DNA from: Terriglobales bacterium
GTDB lineage: Bacteria; Acidobacteriota; Terriglobia; Terriglobales; Acidobacteriaceae
Assembly: GCA_035629075.1 (NCBI GenBank)
Contig: DASPIK010000086.1
Location: 17,027-81,026 of the forward strand
Length of the DNA: 64,000 nucleotides
Reading direction: 5' to 3'
In this document: positions 52,719 to 61,780 of the stretch, in pieces
Position numbering within the stretch: the first letter of the stretch is position 1
Layout of the letters: each line of letters opens with the position of its first letter
Position numbers and translations under genes: made by a program
Notes under the pieces: model-generated
The model's input: the letters and a program-made list of their open reading frames with translations, nothing else
Database searches by the model: none
Told to the model about the DNA's origin: nothing

Positions 52719-54455
52719 TTACTGCACCTTGACCGGCCAAGAGAATACCGGAGCGATGTCCACGGGGATGCCGTTGGCCGCCTTGAGCGAATGCTGCAAA
52801 TCGGCGGGCATCTTGCCATACTTTTCGAACAACTTCTCTGCACGGGCGCGGTCGCCGGTCGCTTCGATCTCGAGCAACTCTTTAAGCAGAGCATTAACAG
52901 CCGGCGTCATCTTCTTGACATCTAGAATATATCGTCCGCTCTGGGCATTGCGAGTGATGACTCCTTGCTCCGCCAGATAGTTGAATTCCATCATCGCAGC
53001 CTGACCATGCGCCTCGGCTACGCTGAACCGCACTGTCCTAAAGAAGTCGCCAACGTAAGAACTGGAGAACTCCGGCATGCGCTCCTTGGGCAGATAACCG
53101 CGATCCATCAGCCAGATCAAACCGAACATCCCGAGCACATCGGCTTTGGCTTCCTCCAGCGCGCTGAAGAGTGGTCCGATGGCCTCCCGGATGTCCACCT
53201 GTTTACCGTCCACTCGGGCATAAGCAGGGCCGAGTCCGTGCGCGATCTCATGCATCATGGTGTGGGCTAAATAGCCCTCACCGGACACCAGTTTGCCCTG
53301 GTCCTCACGCAGCATCGTCTTGGCCAGCGGCAGAATCACGTAGTTCACACGCGCATCCATGAAGTTCTTGAAGAACATCTTCTTAGTTCCCTTCTTCTCA
53401 TGAACGCGCGGATCGTTCGGCAGATTTGTCGCCACCGCCTGGTACCCATGGGTGAAGTCGCCAGTCCGGAAAGGGGCGTCCATCACCTCCATCGGCGTTT
53501 GCAGCCCCTTCTTCGAAGGCCGGTCCTCGGGTGCTAGCGGCAGAGCATCCTGGATATCGGGAACGTACTTTTCGAACAGCGCCAGTTTTTTGCTCTCCTC
53601 CTCATTGCGGATCATGACTGCAGCGCCATAGGAGGTTTTCACGCCGAGAAGTTCGTCGAGGTAGGTTTCGTACGGGGCGAATACAACATCGATTTTGGGA
53701 TTCTTCAGATCAAGCCACTTCAGGTCGCTCTGATAGTAATCGTCTGTGAGTAGAGCATCAGCACGCAAACGCAGGAATTCTGCGAAATCCTTGTCATCGC
53801 TCAATTCGGCTGCTTCGCGCAAGAGCTTCGCTGCAGGTTGAACAAACTGTCGGAAGGCGACGTGATAAGGCACACCTTCAAAACCGCCGTTGAGTCTATG
53901 CACGACCGTGTAGCCACTGTAGATTTCGGCCTTCTTGTCCGGGTTCTCTTTCACGTACTGCTCGATCTGTTCCCGCGTAACCTCCGCCGGATACAATGCA
54001 CGTCCCGGCGCCATCGACTCCGTTCCCACGAACGGCTTGTTCTCCTCAAGCAGGTCGAAGCGGCTGCCGTTGATGAAGAGGTATTTCCGGACTTTCTCGT
54101 CCCGGGGGAACTTGCTCCCTGCAAGCTGCTTGTACAGCGCCAGTCCCGCCGGATCGCTCTGTCGCCAGTAGATCGCCTCCATGTACTGCGACGCCTGCAC
54201 CAATTTGTCGACCAGTTGCCGTTCGCGCGCGGTCAGGCCTTTCGGGTTGAAAGGCATACGAACAGTCTTGAACTTCGCCAGGCGAGCATCCAGATCAGAG
54301 ACCACGACCATCTTCGACGAAATCGGCCCCGAAGCGGCTCGCCCCTCGCCGATTGGTCCTTTCTGGGTCTTCGGATTGACTCTGGTTGCGGCTTTCTGAG
54401 CGGACATTGGCAACACAAACGCCAGGAGCAAGAGCGGACAGAGGTATTTCGTCAT
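52719..54455 (-). CDS. M49 (dipeptidyl-peptidase III)-like zinc metallopeptidase, HEXXH variant, secreted
   Basis: ATG at 54455 gives the signal peptide MTKYLCPLLLLAFVLPMSAQ. Zinc motifs are MMHEIAHGLG and LEEAKADVLG (compare classical HEXXGH / EEXRAE). Confidence 0.7.
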   Translation of the reverse strand: MTKYLCPLLLLAFVLPMSAQKAATRVNPKTQKGPIGEGRAASGPISSKMVVVSDLDARLAKFKTVRMPFNPKGLTARERQLVDKLVQASQYMEAIYWRQSDPAGLALYKQLAGSKFPRDEKVRKYLFINGSRFDLLEENKPFVGTESMAPGRALYPAEVTREQIEQYVKENPDKKAEIYSGYTVVHRLNGGFEGVPYHVAFRQFVQPAAKLLREAAELSDDKDFAEFLRLRADALLTDDYYQSDLKWLDLKNPKIDVVFAPYETYLDELLGVKTSYGAAVMIRNEEESKKLALFEKYVPDIQDALPLAPEDRPSKKGLQTPMEVMDAPFRTGDFTHGYQAVATNLPNDPRVHEKKGTKKMFFKNFMDARVNYVILPLAKTMLREDQGKLVSGEGYLAHTMMHEIAHGLGPAYARVDGKQVDIREAIGPLFSALEEAKADVLGMFGLIWLMDRGYLPKERMPEFSSSYVGDFFRTVRFSVAEAHGQAAMMEFNYLAEQGVITRNAQSGRYILDVKKMTPAVNALLKELLEIEATGDRARAEKLFEKYGKMPADLQHSLKAANGIPVDIAPVFSWPVKVQ

Positions 54456-54484
54456 AGAAGTGAATTCCACGGCCGGCTGTCCAA

Positions 54485-56650
54485 TCAATCAAAAAATCGG
54501 TACTTGATCATGTGCCAGATCGCCGCAACGCCATCCTTCCAACCGATCTTCTTTCCTTCATCGTAGGTACGCCCGTGATACGAGCAAGGCACCTCATAGA
54601 TTCGGCAGCGCAGCTTGGCGGTCTTGATCGTGACTTCCGGTTCGAATCCGAAGCGGTTTGACTTCAACGTGATGTGGTCGAATATCTCGCGCCTGAAAGC
54701 CTTGTAGCCAACCTCCATGTCAGACAGGTTCAGGTCACTTAGCATGTTGCAAAACAGTGTCAACATGCGGTTCGCCTGGTAGTGCCAGAAATAAAGCACG
54801 CGGTGCGCGCCGCCGTGGAATCGATTGCCGAAAACGGCATCGGCCCGATTAGTGAGAATCGGCTCCAGCAAAACAGGAAAGTCCTTCGGGTCGTATTCGA
54901 GATCGGCATCCTGCACGAGGACGATGTCGCCGGTTGCGTTCTTGATGCCGGTGCGCACAGCCGCACCCTTCCCCTTGTTGACCTCGTGGTAGAGCACCTT
55001 CAGCGTGGCGTGAGAATAAAGAGCAGGAACATCGCGCTCCAGCTCAGCGAGAATCTCGCGTGTGCCGTCGCTTGAGTAATCGTCCACAATGACAATTTCC
55101 TTGTCGAGCGGCACGAGATCGGATTCCGGAGCAACCGTGGTGGCATGGACCACGGTATCAACAACACGACGGATAGTTTTCTTCTCGTTGTAGCAGGGGA
55201 TGATCAGCGACAGCGTCGTTGCCTGCTGTTTTTCGATACCAACCGTCGTACTAGATTGTGGAAGCGATAATGTCCTCGATTCAGCCATTTGTGCCTCGCG
55301 AGTCTCTGAAATTAAATATACCGCGAGAATGAGCAAGATCGGCTCAATCGGGTGGCGGTAACGAGCATGAGGGAAGCTGAGATAGTAAACAAGCGGGTAC
55401 ACCAAAATCAGTGATGCGAACAAAAATGCGCCCTTTTTCCGCTTGCGGATCGTCAGCAACAATCCAAAGAAGGCAAGCAGGGAGGAAGTCAGAAATAGCG
55501 CATTCCTTAACTCCGAATGGCCAGGGAACTTGCCCGTTTTCGGAACGCCGGCCCAGTAGTAAACGGCCTTGGCTGCCACCAGGTACGCGAACTTCCCAGG
55601 GTCACGTTCGACGAAGTCAAGGAACTGCTGCTTACGCTGCTCGACGTAGGCGACCTCGCCCATGCTCTTGTACTTCGCGAGTTCGAATCTGTTTTGTGTT
55701 GGGTGGAGCCACCACATCCACATACCGTTGGCATTCGGCGCGTTGCCGAGGCGCAACTCAACTCCCAGATTGCCGCGCACGAAGATAAACTTATCGAAGA
55801 CCTGGTAGTTGCGAACTTCCCAAGGCAACAGGACAGCTACGAAGACGAGCGCGGAAGCAAGCGCCGGCACGAACCAACGCAGTTGTTGACGCCACCGTCT
55901 CCACACGACCCACGCTGCCGCGAAAGGGAGAAAGGCGATGCAGGCGGGATTAGTGAGCGCGAGCACTCCCCAAGTGAACCCCCACCACAGCCACGTACGC
56001 AGGCGCGCGTCCTCCTCCAGCTTCAGCGTGAGCCAGACGACGACGGCCAGGAGGAACGCGGACAGACTCGTCTCCCATATCCATTTGATTGCCCAGTACA
56101 TGCAATAAGGAAACAACGTCCAGGTCCAGCCCGCCCATCGCGCGACTCGGTCTCCATACACGCGGCGTGCTATCAAATAGACGGGAATCGCTGTGAGCGC
56201 CGAAAACAGGCTGTTCAAGGTCAGCAGGAAAAACGCTGAAGACTGCGAGTACGTGCCGAACAGCTTGAATGCTAGCGCGGTGAGATAAGGGTAGACCGGT
56301 GCAACCCAACTGGTCGGGCCAGTGATGCCGTCAAAGGGGTTCGCAAAGCCAAAGCCGTTGGCGATTGACGCTGCTATCCGGCCGGTCTCGAAGCCGAATG
56401 AGAAGTTCTGAAAGCCGTTGAGCTTGTCAAAGGCACGCACTCGATAGGTGCCTAACAGCAGTATTCCCACCACGCGCAGGGCGAATCCCCAGAAAACCAT
56501 CGCAGCGATCGAGTTGCTGATGCCCGCCAGTTGCGACGCGACGGGGCTACGATCGGCTCGGGGGTGCAAGGAACCTGGCTGCCCAGAGTCGTGTTCTGCA
56601 AGCGTGCGACTTTGCATAGGGTGTCGGAACCTGTTTTCGTCGGGAAGCAA
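54485..56650 (-). CDS. Fusion protein: N-terminal GT-C (PMT_2/ArnT-like) membrane domain + C-terminal GT2 polyprenyl-phosphate sugar synthase-like domain
   Basis: 721 aa. The N-terminal polytopic part carries FGFETGRIAASIANGFGFANPFDGITGPTSWVAPVYP. The C-terminal part carries LSLIIPCYNE, VIVDDYSSDGT, VQDADLEYDP and FGNRF, typical of Dpm1/ArnC/GtrB-like GT2 enzymes. Confidence 0.8.
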   Translation of the reverse strand: MLPDENRFRHPMQSRTLAEHDSGQPGSLHPRADRSPVASQLAGISNSIAAMVFWGFALRVVGILLLGTYRVRAFDKLNGFQNFSFGFETGRIAASIANGFGFANPFDGITGPTSWVAPVYPYLTALAFKLFGTYSQSSAFFLLTLNSLFSALTAIPVYLIARRVYGDRVARWAGWTWTLFPYCMYWAIKWIWETSLSAFLLAVVVWLTLKLEEDARLRTWLWWGFTWGVLALTNPACIAFLPFAAAWVVWRRWRQQLRWFVPALASALVFVAVLLPWEVRNYQVFDKFIFVRGNLGVELRLGNAPNANGMWMWWLHPTQNRFELAKYKSMGEVAYVEQRKQQFLDFVERDPGKFAYLVAAKAVYYWAGVPKTGKFPGHSELRNALFLTSSLLAFFGLLLTIRKRKKGAFLFASLILVYPLVYYLSFPHARYRHPIEPILLILAVYLISETREAQMAESRTLSLPQSSTTVGIEKQQATTLSLIIPCYNEKKTIRRVVDTVVHATTVAPESDLVPLDKEIVIVDDYSSDGTREILAELERDVPALYSHATLKVLYHEVNKGKGAAVRTGIKNATGDIVLVQDADLEYDPKDFPVLLEPILTNRADAVFGNRFHGGAHRVLYFWHYQANRMLTLFCNMLSDLNLSDMEVGYKAFRREIFDHITLKSNRFGFEPEVTIKTAKLRCRIYEVPCSYHGRTYDEGKKIGWKDGVAAIWHMIKYRFFD

Positions 56651-56728
56651 GTAGATAGCTTATCATCCTGAGCGCCTGAAAGTGAGGTCACCGGAGGGCA
56701 ACGACTTCGCGAAAGCGCCCGTAAGCTA

Positions 56729-56757
56729 TTGACAGCGCTAGGACATAAGCCTAGACT
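56729..56757 (+). promoter_or_regulatory. Sigma70-like promoter upstream of nuoB
   Basis: TTGACA (56729-56734), a 17-nt spacer and TAGACT (56752-56757). This would give a 5' UTR of about 140 nt. Confidence 0.35.
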
Positions 56758-56899
56758 GGCATTGACTCCCAAGGTCTGAAAATTCTACGCAGCGGTTGCG
56801 AACATCCTTCAGCCGCGATGTGACCGTCGTCACTGTGCGCTTGGTTGGGGTAAGCGGACAATCGGAACAAAGAAATCAGTCCTCAGATGAGGGGCCTTC

Positions 56900-57499
56900 A
56901 TGGGCTGGCTGGATAATAGATTCGAAAAGAACTTTCTTGTTACCTCCGTCGACTACGTCTTCAACTGGGCGCGGAAGTCTGCACTTTGGCCGATGACTTT
57001 CGGCCTCGCCTGCTGCGCGATTGAAATGATCGCGTCGTCGACAGCGCGCTTTGATATTGCGCGATTCGGATCGGAGGTCTTCCGTCCCAGCCCGCGTCAG
57101 AGCGACCTGATGATTGTGTCGGGGACCGTGACGCTGAAGATGGCGCCAGTGGTCAAGCGCATCTACGACCAGATGCCAGACCCGAAGTGGGTAATCTCCA
57201 TGGGCGCATGTTCGTCTGTTGGCGGCCCGTTCAACACCTACGCGGTTTTGCAGGGTGTCGATCGCATTGTGCCGGTAGACGTTTACGTGATTGGGTGTCC
57301 GCCTCGTCCGGAGAACCTGTTCTATGCCCTGCTCAAACTGCAGGACAAAATCGACACGATGTCCATCGCCAAGCGCCCGACCGAAGTTCGCCTTGAAGAG
57401 AGCATGGTGGACCAGTTTAAGAACAACGTGCGCATCGCGCAGGCGCAGCAGCAGGAACAGGCTTTGACTAGCATCCAGAGTCCAGGCATGAACGCCTAA
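56900..57499 (+). CDS. nuoB: NADH-quinone oxidoreductase subunit B (stand-alone copy)
   Basis: 199 aa with [25 protein letters not shown] and VIGCPPRPE (N2 cluster cysteines). No other nuo genes are adjacent. Confidence 0.9.
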   Translation: MGWLDNRFEKNFLVTSVDYVFNWARKSALWPMTFGLACCAIEMIASSTARFDIARFGSEVFRPSPRQSDLMIVSGTVTLKMAPVVKRIYDQMPDPKWVISMGACSSVGGPFNTYAVLQGVDRIVPVDVYVIGCPPRPENLFYALLKLQDKIDTMSIAKRPTEVRLEESMVDQFKNNVRIAQAQQQEQALTSIQSPGMNA

Positions 57500-57571
57500 T
57501 TTCTCTCAGAGGTTCACAGAGCCGGGCCAGTGTGCCCGGCTTTTGCTTTGGGGAAAAAGCTGAGGACAAGC

Positions 57572-57892
57572 ATGGGGGAGTTCGTCAGAATCGGAAGCAC
57601 GGCAGAGATGCCTGAACCGGGGGAGGCAAAAGAATTCGAGGTAAACGGGCGCCTGATCTGCGTCGCGAACGTGGATGGTGACTACTCCGCAATGGACAAC
57701 GTGTGCGTACACCGAGGCGGCCCCTTGGGCCAAGGGTCTGTGGAGAGGCGGAAGGTCATCTGCCCGTGGCATGGGTGGGAATTTGACCCACTGACCGGAG
57801 CGGCGGCGCACAATCCACAGCACCGTGTCGCGATTTACGACTTGCGAATCGAAGGCGACGACGTACTGGTCTACACAACGCCGTTGATCTGA
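57572..57892 (+). CDS. Rieske [2Fe-2S] domain protein (ferredoxin/NirD-like)
   Basis: The internal ATG is preceded by gaggacaagc. The Rieske motifs are CVHRGGPL and CPWHGWEF. Confidence 0.8.
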   Translation: MGEFVRIGSTAEMPEPGEAKEFEVNGRLICVANVDGDYSAMDNVCVHRGGPLGQGSVERRKVICPWHGWEFDPLTGAAAHNPQHRVAIYDLRIEGDDVLVYTTPLI

Positions 57893-57915
57893 TTGAAACT
57901 CGTGCTTGAACAGGA

Positions 57916-59211
57916 TCAGCAGGAATAGACTCGGCCATTCGTGAGTCTATGTTGCAGCATGGAAGCGATCTGGTCCACATCGGTTGGACCTATGTTGCAG
58001 ACGAGGCGATGATCCAAAAATGCCGACTTGTTACTGCCCACGGCGTCGCGTCGAACCTGAACCAGGAGGCCCTGAACAGCAACTGGGTCGAACTTGGCGG
58101 GGGTGAGGCGAACGATTTCCGTAAGAGTTTCGCCCACCGCCAGCGGGTGCCTGTACGGACGCTCGCTCGTCATGGCGTCGAAAGTATCCGCCACACTGAT
58201 CAGGCGAACCGCGATTGGCAGTTCCTCGCCACGCACGTGATCCGGGTAGCCCGACCCGTCGGCCCGCTCATGATGCCATCGAACAACGTCAGGAATCTTG
58301 GGCCATGGGAAGTCCACTCCCGAAACGATCCGATGTCCAACGACGGTATGGTCGGCCATCTCGCGGAACTCTTCTGCGTCCAGCGCAGCGGGCTTGCTGA
58401 AGATGTGATTGTCGACTGCGACCTTGCCAATGTCGTGCAGGTAACCAGCAGCCTTTATCCCGGAGATGTCCGTCGGCCCCAGTCCGATCGCTTCTGCAAT
58501 CGCAGCCGCGTAGCGGCCCACGCGCAACGAGTGCCCGTGCACGCTGACGTGCTTGATATCGATAGCTGCCGCGAAAGCTTCCAACGCGTTGTCGTAGAAC
58601 TTGTGTATAGAACCGAGCAGACGAAGGTTTTCCGTAACGCGATACTCGAGCGACTGCTTCAGTGCATGGTTCTGAACCGCGACAGCGACATAGTTCGACA
58701 AAAGCGCCAAAGCCCCTAACTCATCCGCGTCGTAAGTCGAGTTGTCTTCCCGGCGGCCCAACGCAATCGCACCCACAAGCTTGCCTCCGACGCGCAAAGG
58801 CGCGAGACAGCGGAACAGTTCAGGCGCGACGTTGCCATTCTTGGTGAAAAAATTGGCGTAGCTGTCTCGTTCCAGACCAACGGGGGAGCGCAGAATAGCC
58901 AGTGCGTGCACATGCTTCGGCAGCAGCGGAATCATTGCGACATCTGGGAAAGGCACGAAGCCCTGCGCCGCAAGCGACGTGAGCATTGCGGGCTTGTCGC
59001 TGAAGGTGAACAGGACACCTTCACGCGCACCGAGAGCCTCGCGCAGACGCGCCAGCATCACGCTCGCGGTCTCAGAAAAATCACGGTCAGCCGTGATTTC
59101 GCTACCGAGATCTGAGAGCGCTCCAAACGTGAGGAGGAGCCGCCGAAAGTTTTGTCGCGTCACCGGCACTCGATCGAGGCGGGAGACGCCAGAGCAAGTT
59201 GAGGGTATCAC
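57916..59211 (-). CDS. GAF domain + HD-GYP domain protein (putative cyclic-di-GMP phosphodiesterase)
   Basis: 431 aa with HDIGK and HHERADGSGYP motifs in the C-terminal half and a GAF-like N-terminal half. Confidence 0.85.
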   Translation of the reverse strand: MIPSTCSGVSRLDRVPVTRQNFRRLLLTFGALSDLGSEITADRDFSETASVMLARLREALGAREGVLFTFSDKPAMLTSLAAQGFVPFPDVAMIPLLPKHVHALAILRSPVGLERDSYANFFTKNGNVAPELFRCLAPLRVGGKLVGAIALGRREDNSTYDADELGALALLSNYVAVAVQNHALKQSLEYRVTENLRLLGSIHKFYDNALEAFAAAIDIKHVSVHGHSLRVGRYAAAIAEAIGLGPTDISGIKAAGYLHDIGKVAVDNHIFSKPAALDAEEFREMADHTVVGHRIVSGVDFPWPKIPDVVRWHHERADGSGYPDHVRGEELPIAVRLISVADTFDAMTSERPYRHPLAVGETLTEIVRLTPAKFDPVAVQGLLVQVRRDAVGSNKSAFLDHRLVCNIGPTDVDQIASMLQHRLTNGRVYSC

Positions 59212-59356
59212 GACTTTCGTAACCCGGAAGAGCGTGGCACACGCCTGCTATTAGTGAGTTTGGTGCGCCGCCAACCCATGGGCTCCAGATTGTTTTGCTC
59301 CGTTCCGGCTGCTCACGGCATCTGTACTTACTTGATTTCTCGAGCGGGCAGGTGAA

Positions 59357-60328
59357 ATGAAGATCGCGAACGACGTCACGGAATTGATCGGACGTACACC
59401 CCTGGTGTACTTGAACAAGATCACCGAAGGATGCCACGCCCGGGTTGCGGCGAAACTGGAAAGCTTCAATCCGTGCAACAGCGTCAAGGACCGAATCGGC
59501 GTAAGCATGGTTCGCGAAGCGGAGCGCGCGGGTACCATCCAGCCGGGTAAGACAGTTCTTGTCGAGCCAACAAGCGGCAATACTGGGATTGCGCTGGCGT
59601 TCGTGGCGGCAGCGCGAGGGTATCGACTCATTCTGACCATGCCTGAAACAATGAGCCTCGAACGCCGGGTTCTGCTACGTGCGATGGGCGCGGAAGTGGT
59701 CCTTACGCCTGGCCCGAAGGGCATGAAGGGCGCGATCGCAAAAGCACAGGAAATCTTGGGCGAAACCCCAAACGCCTACATGCTGCAGCAGTTCGACAAT
59801 TCGGCGAACCCGCAAATTCACCGCGAGACGACTGGACCTGAGATTTGGGAAGACACTGACGGCAAAGTCGATATCCTGGTCTCCGGGGTTGGGACGGGTG
59901 GAACCCTGACCGGTGTTGGCGAGTACATCAGGCCCAAGAAGCCGGACTTTAAGATCGTGGCGGTGGAGCCTGAGGAGAGCCCGGTCATCTCCGGAGGGCA
60001 GCCCGGACCACACAAGATTCAGGGGATCGGGGCCGGATTCATTCCCAAGAACCTGCGGACCGAGTTTATCGACGAGATCATCAGGGTCGATGCCGAACAG
60101 TCGGTTGAAATGGCACGCCGCCTGGCCAAAGAAGAGGGCCTGCTTGTTGGAATTTCGTGTGGAGCAGCAGCGGTAGCAGCGGTACAGGTAGCACAACGTC
60201 CCGAAAACGCCGGAAAACTAATCGTCGTCGTACTTCCTGATTTCGGCGAGCGTTATCTCACGAGCGTGCTCTTTTCGCAACTGCGAGAGGAAGCTTTACG
60301 CATGGAAACGGTCGAGGTGCTCGTCTAG
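59357..60328 (+). CDS. cysK: Cysteine synthase A (O-acetylserine sulfhydrylase)
   Basis: 323 aa with [19 protein letters not shown] (PLP lysine), [10 protein letters not shown] and GTGGTLTG. Confidence 0.95.
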   Translation: MKIANDVTELIGRTPLVYLNKITEGCHARVAAKLESFNPCNSVKDRIGVSMVREAERAGTIQPGKTVLVEPTSGNTGIALAFVAAARGYRLILTMPETMSLERRVLLRAMGAEVVLTPGPKGMKGAIAKAQEILGETPNAYMLQQFDNSANPQIHRETTGPEIWEDTDGKVDILVSGVGTGGTLTGVGEYIRPKKPDFKIVAVEPEESPVISGGQPGPHKIQGIGAGFIPKNLRTEFIDEIIRVDAEQSVEMARRLAKEEGLLVGISCGAAAVAAVQVAQRPENAGKLIVVVLPDFGERYLTSVLFSQLREEALRMETVEVLV

Positions 60329-60418
60329 CGAAGCGCCCGTACAAAATCCGCAACACGAAAGCGGCAGCTCGCGTGAGCTGCCGCTTCCCTTCTGAGCCAC
60401 AACTTCTAGCCACAAGTT

Positions 60419-60781
60419 CTAATATGTTTGACTGCCCGACAGGACGGCTGCAATCTTCTGTAGCAACGCTTCCGATGTGATCTGCGCATCGTCGCAGGTG
60501 CAAATCCCTGTCGAGGGATCGAACTTGTCGCAGCATATGAAGATGACGGGCACGTGGATGTCCGCCCTGGCGCGCTCGATTAGAATTCGCTCTGCATGTG
60601 CGGAGACTCCCACCAGTAAAAGGTCGAAACTACGAGTTGACAGCAAATTGATTGCCTTGACCGGCTGTGCAGCACTCGTTACAGAGTAGCCGGCCTTTGT
60701 AAGGAGGACATGACGGTTTGTCAGCAACCTTGGATTGTGTCCCAGCGAAAGGATTGAACGTGGCCCGTGCATACATCGCAC
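60419..60781 (-). CDS. Receiver-domain-like protein lacking the canonical acidic pocket (pseudo-receiver), hypothetical
   Basis: 120 aa with a CheY-like alpha/beta pattern (SILSLGHN..., FDLLLVGVS, PVIFICC), but the Asp-Asp pocket and phosphoacceptor Asp positions are substituted. Confidence 0.4.
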   Translation of the reverse strand: MRCMHGPRSILSLGHNPRLLTNRHVLLTKAGYSVTSAAQPVKAINLLSTRSFDLLLVGVSAHAERILIERARADIHVPVIFICCDKFDPSTGICTCDDAQITSEALLQKIAAVLSGSQTY

Positions 60782-60893
60782 CCGACTGCATAAAGATTAG
60801 GGCAGTATAGCTGCTGAGGAATATAGGTGCGCGCCCTTATTCACCTTATAAGGTAATTTGCTCGTTGGGAGTAAGGCTCGGGTTCTTTTCAGA

Positions 60894-61607
60894 TCAGAAG
60901 TGCGCTTGAAGGTCCGAAAAACGATCAACGATCAGCAGCCTGCCTTCCACGTTGTCGGTTAGCACCTTGCCTTGTTCCAGAACCCAAGTCATGTCGTGGG
61001 GAATGAACACGGCATTCAGTCCAACAGCAAGTGCAGGATTGATGTCTGACTTGGGGCTATTGCCGACCATCCATGTATTGTCCGCGGCCAGACCGTACTT
61101 CTCGACAATAGATCTGTACGTGGGCGGATCCTTCTCAGCTACTATCTCCACAGCCGAGAAGTAGTCCTTCACGCCGGAGCGCTCGACTTTGGCGGACTGC
61201 TCGGTGATGTTGCCTTTGGTCATCATGATCAGGTGGTGCCGCCCAGAGAGATACTGCAGCGTTTCAGGCACTCCTTCGAACATCTCAATCGGATGCTCGG
61301 CGATCATGTGGGCGAAACTGTGAATGGTTTCGTGCAGCGCGGGCGTAATCGGCTCGACTGAAAGCCGCTCGAATGTCCGCATAAGGGCATGCGCGAAACT
61401 ATGTAATCCGTAGCCGTGGCTGATGATGCATTCGCGCTCAACGTCATTGAGCACAGCTCGAACTTCCTCGCGCGTGTATTCCTGGTGATTCAAGAACGAG
61501 ATGAATTCGGCGATGGCGCGCTCGAAATAGATGTTGTTGGCCCACAGCGTATCGTCGGCATCGATCAGCAGGGTCTGCCTGCCGTTGCTTTTTTCGTTCG
61601 TTCCCAT
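60894..61607 (-). CDS. HAD superfamily hydrolase
   Basis: The internal ATG gives MGTNEKSNGRQTLLIDADDTLW (motif I DxDxT). MMTKG is motif II-like and VGNSPKSDI is motif III/IV. Confidence 0.75.
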   Translation of the reverse strand: MGTNEKSNGRQTLLIDADDTLWANNIYFERAIAEFISFLNHQEYTREEVRAVLNDVERECIISHGYGLHSFAHALMRTFERLSVEPITPALHETIHSFAHMIAEHPIEMFEGVPETLQYLSGRHHLIMMTKGNITEQSAKVERSGVKDYFSAVEIVAEKDPPTYRSIVEKYGLAADNTWMVGNSPKSDINPALAVGLNAVFIPHDMTWVLEQGKVLTDNVEGRLLIVDRFSDLQAHF

Positions 61608-61780
61608 TGTGATTCCAGCTTTCATCATAAAGGACGATGCGAGCACCTGCATCTGGATGTTTCTCACTTCGGAGCCGGCGCATACGGCCAAACAGGCACA
61701 GGGCCGGGACTTACCCGGCAGGACGAGCAAAGCTCACCAAATCCGTAGGTACCCGTCTATCTCTCTGCAAGGAGGCAGTG

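Noticed and set aside
55517-56239. 240-aa plus-strand ORF
   Set aside because: It lies antisense to the GT-C domain of the 721-aa fusion gene. The sense frame has conserved blocks shared with its paralogue at 25371-26777.
57949-58719. 256-aa plus-strand ORF
   Set aside because: It lies antisense to the HD-GYP gene, which has the HDIGK and HHERADGSGYP motifs.
59225-59240. TGGCAC-acgcc-TGCT, a sigma54-like sequence upstream of cysK
   Set aside because: The GG-to-GC spacing is 9 nt rather than 10, the -12 region is poor, and cysK is not a known sigma54 target. I treat it as chance.
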